From Occultella glacieicola (GTDB lineage: Bacteria > Actinomycetota > Actinomycetes > Actinomycetales > Beutenbergiaceae), in the NCBI RefSeq assembly GCF_004353825.1, contig NZ_SMNA01000020.1:1-41592 (forward strand): 41,592 nucleotides of DNA, read 5' to 3'. This document shows, in pieces, positions 1 through 8,117 of the stretch (its first letter is position 1; every line of letters starts with the position of its first letter). The translations under genes were made by a program, and so were the position numbers. The notes beneath the pieces are model-generated. The model was not told the DNA's origin, did no database searches, and worked only from the letters and a program-made list of their open reading frames with translations.

Positions 1-119
1 CTGGTCATCGCTGCTCACCACCGTCGAGGTCGGTGATGGTCAGGTCGAGTTGCGGCTGGATCCAGTCGATGGCCGCCTGGGCGGCCGGACGTTCGGCTGG
101 CAGCTGTTGTTCGATGGCC
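1..119. repeat. Terminal direct repeat (circular-assembly overlap), identical to 41474..41592
   Basis: ctggtcatcg...tcgatggcc is identical at both ends (119 nt). The stop of ORF 5..145 overlaps the start of the DUF4192 ORF (41481) across the junction. Confidence 0.97.
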
Positions 120-145
120 TGTTCGATCGGTGATGGGTGAGACAT
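5..145 (-). CDS. Small hypothetical protein (46 aa, MSHPSPIEQ...), translationally coupled to the DUF4192 gene
   Basis: ATG at 145 with an AAGGGAG RBS. Its TGA overlaps the ATG of 40393..41481 (ATGA). Confidence 0.6.
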   Translation of the reverse strand: MSHPSPIEQAIEQQLPAERPAAQAAIDWIQPQLDLTITDLDGGEQR

Positions 146-189
146 GTCGGGCTCCCTTGGGTTGGTGGCGTGGATGGTCCCCGCCGGCA

Positions 190-297
190 TTCCCGATAGG
201 CGGACAGCCCTGCCCGCGGCGTGTGTGTCAAGGGCGCCGGAGGCGCTTGCGAAGCCCTTGACTCACGCGCCGCGGGCTGGAGGATCAATGCTCGGGA
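190..297 (-). promoter_or_regulatory. Frpo/ssi-like ssDNA hairpin element, diverged copy E, upstream of the 46-aa/DUF4192 operon
   Basis: The stem gcccgcggcgtgtg..gtcaaggg / cccttgac..cacgcgccgcgggc encloses cgccGGAggcg. It shares CCGATAG.CGGA..CAGCC with the other copies. Confidence 0.65.
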
Positions 298-578
298 TTC
301 GACGTCTCGGATTGACCGGAGTCGGTCTTGGATGTGCGGCGCGTGCGCGCCGCCGTTGGGCGGCTGAGGCCGACCTTGCGCAGTTCTGCTTCGGTCCAGC
401 CGCGCTGGATCGCCTGCATCCAGGCTTTGCGGTGTTCGCTGCGGGCAGCGGTCAGGTTGGCTTCGGCGTTGGTGACGTTCTGGCTGCGGCGAACGAGTTC
501 GCGCACGGCCTCGACGCGCTTGTCCAGGAGCGACTGGATCTGGCTCTCGATGGCTGATGGAAGTTGGTCGTTGTCCAT
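285..578 (-). CDS. Hypothetical coiled-coil plasmid protein divergent from mobC
   Basis: 97-aa helical ORF (...AWMQAIQRGWTEAELRKVGL) with a basic tail, next to oriT. Confidence 0.75.
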   Translation of the reverse strand: MDNDQLPSAIESQIQSLLDKRVEAVRELVRRSQNVTNAEANLTAARSEHRKAWMQAIQRGWTEAELRKVGLSRPTAARTRRTSKTDSGQSETSNPEH

Positions 579-679
579 CGTCTGAGCCTAGGTCTCCGCG
601 ACCGACAGTCGCCGGACCTACGCACCTGTGGTGCGCGCCCCGTGTCGGAAGGCGACGTGCAGTATGCGGAGACCCAGAC

Positions 680-711
680 GGAGCAAGCTATACACTTAGC
701 ACGGCTAAGTG
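680..711 (-). other. oriT: Putative oriT: 8-bp inverted repeat plus MOBP-like nic site (TATAGCTTG^C, between 684 and 683)
   Basis: cacttagc-acg-gctaagtg (693-711) lies 5' of TAGCTTG^C on the minus strand, resembling RP4 TATCCTG^C and pC221 GCTTG^C. It is upstream of mobC. Confidence 0.7.
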
Positions 712-809
712 GCTCGTCCTCTCGACAGGTCGAGGCGGCCGGGACACACTGGTGGTGTGGTCCCCGCGTTGGGCGGGTTCGCTGCGCTGGGCTGAGGGGC
801 GGTGTAGGG

Positions 810-1208
810 ATGGGTGAGGAGTCGCCTGGTGGGCGCAGGTTCACGCGCCGTCGGCGTGCGAACGCGCCCGGTGGTCGGCAGCACCGTCACGAGGTGAAGG
901 TGACCCCGGAGGAAGAGGCGGTGCTGTTGCGCCTAGCGTTGGCGCAGGAGGTCACGGTGCCGCGGCTGTTGGTGGAGTCGGCGCTGGCGTCGGAGACGGG
1001 GGAGACGGCGACCGAGCGGCGCAACGCGATCGCGGAACTGTTCCGGGCGCACCGGTTGTTGGCGGCCATCTCGAACAATGTGAACCAGATGGCGAAGGCG
1101 ACGAACGCCACCGGTGAGGTGCAGGAGGACCTGGTGGAGACGCTGCGCGCGGTTCGTCGCACCGCTGGCCGTATTGACGAGGCGATTGACGGGTTGAGCC
1201 TGTCGTGA
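810..1208 (+). CDS. mobC: MobC relaxosome accessory protein (RHH)
   Basis: HEVKVTPEEEAVL...VPRLLVESAL...SNNVNQMAKATN motif; overlaps the relaxase start. Confidence 0.9.
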   Translation: MGEESPGGRRFTRRRRANAPGGRQHRHEVKVTPEEEAVLLRLALAQEVTVPRLLVESALASETGETATERRNAIAELFRAHRLLAAISNNVNQMAKATNATGEVQEDLVETLRAVRRTAGRIDEAIDGLSLS

Positions 1209-2911
1209 TGCCGAACGTCACGCGCGGTGACCGGATGGGTGGGCTGCTGGTCTACCTGGCCGGTCCGGGTCGTAGCAACGAGCACACGGAGCCGCACCTG
1301 GTGGGTGGTGACGCGGCGTTGATGGCGTGGCACAGCGAGGACGAGTTGAACCGTGATTCGGCGCTGGCGATCGCGCAGCATCTGGACCGGCCGCGGAAGG
1401 CGTTCGACGTCGAGGTGCCCCAGGGGCACGTGTGGCATTGCTCGTTGTCGATCCGGGCCGACGAGGGCCAGCTGACCGACGAGCGGTGGGGCGCGATCGC
1501 GGACGACTTTGTCCGCGAGATGGGTTTCGACGACAACGAGGGCACGAAGGCCCCGTGCCGGTGGGTTGCGGTGCGCCATGGCTTGTCCGCCGGCGGGAAT
1601 GATCACGTGCACCTGGCGGTGCAGCTGGTGCGTGAGGACGGCACGAAGGCGTCGGTGCATAACGATCACCAACGGGCGCAGCGGGCGGCCCGCGCGCTCG
1701 AGGTGCGGCACGGGTTGGAGCAGCTGGAGTCGGTCAAGACCGAGCGGGCCACCCGTGGCTTCGACCCGGCCGAGCGGGAGGCGCAGGGCCGGGCGCGAGC
1801 CCGGGCGAAGTACGAGCGCGACCGCACCCGGGGCGGGAGCCGTGGCCCGGCGTGGGCGTCTCTGCCGGCGGGGGAGCGGTCGGCGCTTGTGAGTGCACAG
1901 GCGCGCGCCGACGAGCCGCGACTGGCGCTGGCTCGGACGGTGCGCGGGTGCGCCACCTCGAGCGCAGATGAGGCGGAGTTCGTGCGACGGGTCCGGCGTG
2001 CCGGTGCGTTGCTGCGGCCGCGATTCGCGCAGGGGCGCACCGACGTCGTCACCGGGTACTCGGTGGCCGCGAGGCCCGAGCATGGGGAGCGCCCGATTTG
2101 GTACGGCGGCGGGCAGCTGGGCCGGGATCTGACGTTGCCGCGGTTGCGGTCCGAGTGGCCCGACAGCCCGACGAGCGCGAGCGATGCGGCCGCAGAGTGG
2201 ACTGCGGCTGGTCGCGGCCGGCGGGTGGTCGCACCGGGCCGGGAGAGCACCGCGCCGGACCCAGAACTGTGGGGTCGGCAGAACCAGGAGCTCAGCGCTC
2301 TCGTCGAGTGCTTGCGGTCGGTGCCGGTTGACGACCGGGACACATGGGCGACCGTCGCCCGTCAGACGGCGGGCGCTCTGGCGGCGTGGTCGAACGCCAC
2401 CGAGGAGGTGCCCGGCGATCTTGCTGCAGCGTCGGAGGCGTTGTCGCGGTCGGCGCAGACGTACCGGCGGACCGTGGCTCCTCAGAAGGCCGGCACAGTC
2501 GCGATCTCCGGTGCGGCGATGCTCCTGGCCAGCGCAGCCCGCGGCGGCCAGGGCACCGCAGCGCAGGCGGTGATGATCCGCCAGTTCCTACGCCTAGCTC
2601 AGGCCGTCCACGCGGCGTCTGTGGCAGCGCAGCAGACCAGGCAGGCGCAACTCCTGGCAGAAGACACCCGCGGGCGCCTGATGCGGATACGGGACGCGTT
2701 GCCGCGGCCGCAGGGGCAGGCCGGTGCAGCCACAGCGACCATCGAGACCGCGCCACCGCTCGCCCTCGAGGTCGAGGCCGTCGCGGCCCGCCAGCGCGCG
2801 AGCCAGGGTCACGACGCGACCAGGGCGACGTCGCCCCTGCCGAACAAGATCGAACCGAGCAGAGCACGTCAGAGCACAAAGCCGGGCGCAGATCGCGGAC
2901 CGGAACGATAG
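1205..2911 (+). CDS. Relaxase/mobilization nuclease (MOBP-type)
   Basis: N-terminal Tyr motif (LLVYL), HVWHCSLS and the HUH motif DHVHLAVQLVREDG; downstream of mobC. Confidence 0.92.
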   Translation: MMPNVTRGDRMGGLLVYLAGPGRSNEHTEPHLVGGDAALMAWHSEDELNRDSALAIAQHLDRPRKAFDVEVPQGHVWHCSLSIRADEGQLTDERWGAIADDFVREMGFDDNEGTKAPCRWVAVRHGLSAGGNDHVHLAVQLVREDGTKASVHNDHQRAQRAARALEVRHGLEQLESVKTERATRGFDPAEREAQGRARARAKYERDRTRGGSRGPAWASLPAGERSALVSAQARADEPRLALARTVRGCATSSADEAEFVRRVRRAGALLRPRFAQGRTDVVTGYSVAARPEHGERPIWYGGGQLGRDLTLPRLRSEWPDSPTSASDAAAEWTAAGRGRRVVAPGRESTAPDPELWGRQNQELSALVECLRSVPVDDRDTWATVARQTAGALAAWSNATEEVPGDLAAASEALSRSAQTYRRTVAPQKAGTVAISGAAMLLASAARGGQGTAAQAVMIRQFLRLAQAVHAASVAAQQTRQAQLLAEDTRGRLMRIRDALPRPQGQAGAATATIETAPPLALEVEAVAARQRASQGHDATRATSPLPNKIEPSRARQSTKPGADRGPER

Positions 2912-2925
2912 GGGAGGGGTCGACC

Positions 2926-3729
2926 ATGTCCGAGGCCAACGATGGAATCGACGAGGCATTCGAGGGCCAACTTCGGGTGCTGGTCACAGCAGCGGGCCAG
3001 GTGGCCGAGCGGCTGAGTCGTTCACGGGAGAGCGAGCTCCGGCGAGCCGAAGCTGGGAGCGAGCAGGAGGCCCGCGAGCTGCAGTCGCGGCTCGAGGCTG
3101 AGAACCAGGTTGCTCGCGCCCAGGCGGGCGCCGTGCACAGGTCGGAATGGTGGGATACAGCCACCCCGGAGCAGATCGGCGACACCTACCAAGTCGCCCG
3201 GGCGTGGGCGAACGAGGATCCCGAACTCGCCCGCGCCGAGCAGCGAATCCGCGAAGAGTTGCGCACCAGGTACGGCGTCGACGTCGCCGGCACGAACGCA
3301 GACTCAGGTGCAGTGCGCGAGGCGATCGCTCGCGCCGAGCAGCGTCGCGTGCGGGCCGAAGCCGAGCGCCAGGGTGCTCGCGCCGACAGTGCCGAGGCAC
3401 AACGACTGATGGCCGTAGCTAACACCGCCGACAGGCTGCCCGAGCGCGCCGCGGTGGTCGGGGATGAGGCAGAGCGGCAGGCGCAGGCCGAGGCCGCCCG
3501 GACGGCGTCCGAGCCGCTGTATGACTCTGCCGAGCGCCGGACCACGACCGCTGCGGATCTTGAGGCTCATGGGGTCGGCCCCGAGCTCGTGGCCACGAGG
3601 ATGCGCGCCGACGTCAGCCAGGCCAAGCCTGCGACCGAGACGACCCGGGGCGCCGGAGGCAAGGCACCGAAGGCGCGCAAGTCCCGCGGCCGCGGGTCCC
3701 AGGTACAACGAACCGGACTTGAGCGATAG
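2926..3729 (+). CDS. Conserved hypothetical coiled-coil protein downstream of the relaxase
   Basis: ATG at 2926 with a GGGGAGG RBS; helical, with WWDTATPEQI and YDSAERR motifs. Confidence 0.8.
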   Translation: MSEANDGIDEAFEGQLRVLVTAAGQVAERLSRSRESELRRAEAGSEQEARELQSRLEAENQVARAQAGAVHRSEWWDTATPEQIGDTYQVARAWANEDPELARAEQRIREELRTRYGVDVAGTNADSGAVREAIARAEQRRVRAEAERQGARADSAEAQRLMAVANTADRLPERAAVVGDEAERQAQAEAARTASEPLYDSAERRTTTAADLEAHGVGPELVATRMRADVSQAKPATETTRGAGGKAPKARKSRGRGSQVQRTGLER

Positions 3730-3810
3730 CGGACCCCTCGGCTTGCAGGCGGCATCCTGTCCCAGACCAGGGGGCGCAGCCCAGGCTCGGCCGTGCCGCT
3801 TGGTCGAGGG

Positions 3811-4719
3811 TTACGGCGTGTTCCTAATCGCGCGCAGTCGCTTCCTCGAGGCGGGGGCGGGCGTCTTGGGGTTGGGGCTCGGGTTGGCGCGTCCGATGAG
3901 CTGGTACAAGTTGCGCACGCGGTCCCGCTCGTCCGCGTTGGCGCCTCGAGGCGTATCAAGCTTCTGCTTGGTGACACGTAGGAGCCGAAGGTCGATGAGC
4001 TCAGTCGTGCCTTTGGCTCGCATGGATGGGCTGATGCCGTACCAGGCGGGAAAGTTGGTGACGGACCACCATGCGCCACGTGTGGTGCTCTCCGGTTCGG
4101 CCAGGAGAATCAGCAGCATGGCGAGCGCGGGTGCGCTCATGCTCTGGATGTAGCCACGCCAGAGTCGGTCCGGAATCTGCAGGTACCAATCTTCGCGCTT
4201 TACACGCGGTCCGCTCGGAGGGGCATACGGGAGACCCGAGCCGTCTTCACGAAGCAACGTGATGACCGAGGCCTCCCCCCGGTTTGTCTCGACTTCGATC
4301 AACTTCATCTCTCTCAGACGCGCCATGGCATCCGTCACGCGTCGAGCGCCGAGGCGGGAGGGATCATCAAGGTCGAGCAGCTCAGCCCACCGTCGAGCCG
4401 ACAGGTCGGTGGTGTACGGCTCCGCTGAGCTGCGCCGCAACAGACCCAGGTACACCTTCAGTGCTACACGGCCACCACGCCCGCGCGTTGAGACAATCCG
4501 AGTCAGCGGAGGAGGGGTCATGGGATCGTCGGTCCGCACGAAGGCCTTGCGAACGGGGGTGGTGGTACGGCGTGTACTTGAGCCGAGCAGCCATTGGACC
4601 TCTTCCTGTGCCCGCGGACGCAAGGCCGGCGCGACCTCTTTCGCCCTTGTTCGCGCGACGGTCCCTTTGTGTCGTCGCGATGAACTTGATGCCCTCTCTA
4701 CTTCGCTCATCTGAGGCAC
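3811..4719 (-). CDS. Hypothetical protein with tandem winged-HTH-like domains
   Basis: 302-aa ORF with ARRWAELLDL...RRVTDAMARLREMKLIEV and YGISPSMRAKGTTELIDLRLLRV. The start may be 4710. Confidence 0.75.
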   Translation of the reverse strand: MPQMSEVERASSSSRRHKGTVARTRAKEVAPALRPRAQEEVQWLLGSSTRRTTTPVRKAFVRTDDPMTPPPLTRIVSTRGRGGRVALKVYLGLLRRSSAEPYTTDLSARRWAELLDLDDPSRLGARRVTDAMARLREMKLIEVETNRGEASVITLLREDGSGLPYAPPSGPRVKREDWYLQIPDRLWRGYIQSMSAPALAMLLILLAEPESTTRGAWWSVTNFPAWYGISPSMRAKGTTELIDLRLLRVTKQKLDTPRGANADERDRVRNLYQLIGRANPSPNPKTPAPASRKRLRAIRNTP

Positions 4720-5188
4720 ACCCTTCTAGTTGACTGTGACGTACCGTCCACTCTACTGACACTAACCCAGGTCAGCATCAGCCACGAGGGTGGCAGCAAC
4801 CATGTACGGGACATCCTCACATTTTCGCAGGTCAGTGCTGGTATTGAGCCGTTCCGGCGGCTAGGCTCGGGCGCAGGTCCTGAGGGAGAGTGACTTCTCG
4901 ACTGGGGTTTCCGTGGCCCAGTTGGTTGCGCCGAACGAGGGGCCTAGTCAGTAGTCGGCCTACGCGTACGCGATGCGCGAGAGGTCGGGGTGATGAGGCA
5001 GAACCCGCCAGGTGTTGGGCCGGGAGAAGGGCTGTCGACCGTAGTCGCCCGTGCTGGCCGGTGGGCCCTTGGCTTGGGAAGCCAGGGGCCCACCGAACCA
5101 TGCTGGTTTTGGTAGGTCTGCCGATCGAAGGTGGATCGAGTCCTAGAACTGTCTCGGTTCCCGCCGGGCCGGGGCTACTCTTTCGAAG

Positions 5189-5812
5189 ATGAGCCCGATC
5201 TTCGACCAGGCCAGCGGCGACGACTGGAAGCAGAACGCGGTCGCCGATCGCTACCACGAGACCGATTCGAAGCTCGCTGAGGGGTACAAACGCGCCGCCG
5301 AGCTTGTCGTTGCCGCGTGGCCGGAAGAGCGCTTCGACGCCCTACTGCCACCGGTCATCTTGTTATACCGACACGCGATGGAACTCCAACTCAAGACCGC
5401 GATTGGCGTCGCCGAACGGGCCAAGCCCTATGCGAATCTGACATCTCGGACGAGCGACGACTTGGCGAAGTGGTTCAAGAACACGGCCGGGCACCGTCTC
5501 GGTGTGCTCCGTGACGAGCTCAACCACTCGCTGGTCGCCCTGGGTGCCCAAGCGATGGACTCCTCGGTGGTGGGTGTGATCGACGAACTCGACCAGGCCG
5601 ACGACCGCGGTGAGACCTTCCGATACTCATGGACACTTCAGAAGGATCCGTCGGGCGCGTGGGGGAAGGTGCAGACGCCTCGACCAGGACAGACGAGCGG
5701 CGGGCGCGTCAACATCGTCGAAATGGGCCAGGCTCTATCTGAAGCGGTCAACCACATCGGGGCGATCTGGAGTCAGCTCGAAGCAGAGCGGGTGGACCCG
5801 TTCGAGCAATGA
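5189..5812 (+). CDS. Hypothetical HEPN-like helical protein
   Basis: GYKRAA...LLYRHAMELQLK...GHRL...DDRGETFRY; paralogous to 35186..35815. Confidence 0.7.
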   Translation: MSPIFDQASGDDWKQNAVADRYHETDSKLAEGYKRAAELVVAAWPEERFDALLPPVILLYRHAMELQLKTAIGVAERAKPYANLTSRTSDDLAKWFKNTAGHRLGVLRDELNHSLVALGAQAMDSSVVGVIDELDQADDRGETFRYSWTLQKDPSGAWGKVQTPRPGQTSGGRVNIVEMGQALSEAVNHIGAIWSQLEAERVDPFEQ

Positions 5813-6152
5813 CCGGGGCGTAGGCGCCTCGTCCGCGATTCCACCCAAGCCGCATCTGAGTGCTGGATGACGCACCAACCTGTAAGCAGGTCTCGGCGTG
5901 CCCGCGCGGGCCTGGGTGGGGGGGACCTACCGGCAGTCGCTGCGGCCGTACCCGCTTGGCGGGCATCCGAACGAGCACATCGGTCCGCTGTCGTCGGGCC
6001 TCGCGGACCAGGATGACCGGTCCGACGCGTGGGCGCTCACCGTATGGCTGGCAGCACGTTCGATCTTGCTTGTCGGGCCTTCATGATTGGCTCCGGTGCG
6101 CGCTTCCGAGCAGGTAGCGTGCTTGACGACCCGCAAAGACGACGAGGATGCA

Positions 6153-8117
6153 GTGGATAACCTGGACGACTTGGAACTTCTGAGCAAGGACGAGCTCATC
6201 GCGATGCTCCACGAGCGGGCTGAGGCCGGTGTCAAGTTGTCTTTTCCGGGCAAGGCACTGGCGAGGCGCATCTCGCGCAAGGTTCGCCCCCATGTCCAAC
6301 GGACTGTGGCGAAGTACAGCGCCGGCTCCGAGGCCGAGCAGGCCCGCAACCTCTTGATCGAGGGCGACAACCTACAGGCGCTGGTCACCCTTTACCGCGA
6401 GCGTGGTCACGTCGACCTGATCCTGACCGATCCGCCGTATAACACCGGCAACGACTTCCGGTACAACGACAAGTGGGATCACGACCCCAACGACGCCGGG
6501 ATTGGTGACATCGTCTCGGCCGACGATCGGGCCAAGCACACCAAGTGGATGAAGTTCATGTTCCCTCGTCTACGGCTGATGAAGCAGATGCTCAAGCCGA
6601 GTGGGGTCCTCGCGATCTGCATCGACCATCGTGAGCTCTTCCACCTGGGCCAGATGCTCGACGAGATCTTCGGTGAACAGAACCGCCTCGCGATCATCAA
6701 CTGGCAGAAGATCACCTCGCCGAAGAACCACGATCAGGGCGTGTCGACGGCGACCGAGTATGTGCTCGTCTACGCCAAGAACGACGAGGCCGTCAGCACC
6801 GGCAGGATCCGTCGCTCGGACAAAACTGCCGCCGGCTACGTGAATCCCGACTCTGATCCTCGAGGGGCTTGGGCGCCTTCGGACTCCACTTTGATGGGCG
6901 CCTCAACCCACCCAGGACAGGTCTACGGGATCCAGAACCCTTTCACCGGACGGCTCCACTATCCCCAGGAGGGGCGGTGTTGGCGCAATGAACGCAGAAA
7001 GATGAAGGCCGCGGTTGAGGAGTGGGGTGTCACCTACGAGGACCGGGATCTGGACGATGGGCTACGGCCGGCGCTGCTGATCAAGGGTGCCCGCAATCCG
7101 CTCACTGAGGACTACGCGAGCGACGCGGTCGTCGCGGCCGCGCAGGAGAAGGCTCTTGCCGTCCGATCCCAGGACTGGCCCCGTTACTTCTGGCGCAACG
7201 ATCAGCGTCGCAGGCCTGGTCATGGTGAGCTCCGGTACAAGACCTACCTCGAGGAGGTAGCGGGCGGCGTCGTGCCCACGACTTTCTGGGCCTCCACCGA
7301 GGAGACCCAAGAACTCGAGCTCGGATCGATTTCTTGGCCACACAAGGAATCAGGTACCAGCGAGATTGGCGTCCGTGAACTCAACGCCGTCGTCGGCCGT
7401 GGCCATGGCTTTGACACCGTCAAGCCGATGAAACTCATCCAAAAGATCGTGCAGCTCTGGTGCCCGCCGGACGGCACCGTGGTCGACCCCTTCGCAGGCT
7501 CCGGGACGACCGGCCATGCCGTCTTGGCTCTAAACCAGACCGAGGGCGCGCGTCGACGCTTCATCCTCATCGAGCAGGGGCGCCCCGAGAAGGGCGATTC
7601 CTACGCCCGCTCGCTCACCGCCGACCGGCTCGCACGGGTGATCAGCGGTGATTGGGCCGACGGCAAGGGCAGCCCGCTGCCCGGCGGGTTCGAGTTCCGG
7701 CAACTCACGAAGCGTGTCGATGCACAGGCACTGCTCCAGATGGAACGTGAAGAGATGGTTGACACCGTCGTGTCCTCCTACTTCGACTCCTCAAGGCGTC
7801 GCGGACCAAACCTCGAGCGATGCGCCGACCGCAGTTACTCGTACTTGGTGGCCAAGAACGCCGACGATGAGGGGTTCTACCTGGTCTGGGACGGGCCCGA
7901 CCAGAACACCGACTTCACCGAGGATGTGTGGGAGGCATGCGTCCAGGAGGGCGAGCAGGCCAACCTGAAGCCTAAGTACCACGTGTACGCCCGGTTCAAC
8001 CTGTTTCCGACAACGGGTGTGCATTTCTACCAGATCCCGGACCGGATCCTGGCTGACTTTGGACTCGACGTGCGAACGGACTCCTACGCCGAGGATGACG
8101 AGGAGGACCAGGAGTGA
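6153..8117 (+). CDS. mod: Site-specific adenine DNA methyltransferase, type III Mod-like (beta class)
   Basis: NLLIEGDNL and DPPYN (motif IV) precede VDPFAGSGTTGHA (motif I). GTG at 6153 has a GAGGA RBS. Confidence 0.92.
   Translation: MDNLDDLELLSKDELIAMLHERAEAGVKLSFPGKALARRISRKVRPHVQRTVAKYSAGSEAEQARNLLIEGDNLQALVTLYRERGHVDLILTDPPYNTGNDFRYNDKWDHDPNDAGIGDIVSADDRAKHTKWMKFMFPRLRLMKQMLKPSGVLAICIDHRELFHLGQMLDEIFGEQNRLAIINWQKITSPKNHDQGVSTATEYVLVYAKNDEAVSTGRIRRSDKTAAGYVNPDSDPRGAWAPSDSTLMGASTHPGQVYGIQNPFTGRLHYPQEGRCWRNERRKMKAAVEEWGVTYEDRDLDDGLRPALLIKGARNPLTEDYASDAVVAAAQEKALAVRSQDWPRYFWRNDQRRRPGHGELRYKTYLEEVAGGVVPTTFWASTEETQELELGSISWPHKESGTSEIGVRELNAVVGRGHGFDTVKPMKLIQKIVQLWCPPDGTVVDPFAGSGTTGHAVLALNQTEGARRRFILIEQGRPEKGDSYARSLTADRLARVISGDWADGKGSPLPGGFEFRQLTKRVDAQALLQMEREEMVDTVVSSYFDSSRRRGPNLERCADRSYSYLVAKNADDEGFYLVWDGPDQNTDFTEDVWEACVQEGEQANLKPKYHVYARFNLFPTTGVHFYQIPDRILADFGLDVRTDSYAEDDEEDQE

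Noticed and set aside
1..119. Terminal repeat as a biological LTR or phage terminal repeat
   Set aside because: The exact 119-nt overlap falls inside coding sequence and matches a typical assembler k-mer. There are no phage structural genes.
4805..4813. tacgggaca matching the res-site motif at 35106
   Set aside because: A 9-bp match without the accompanying inverted repeat could be chance.
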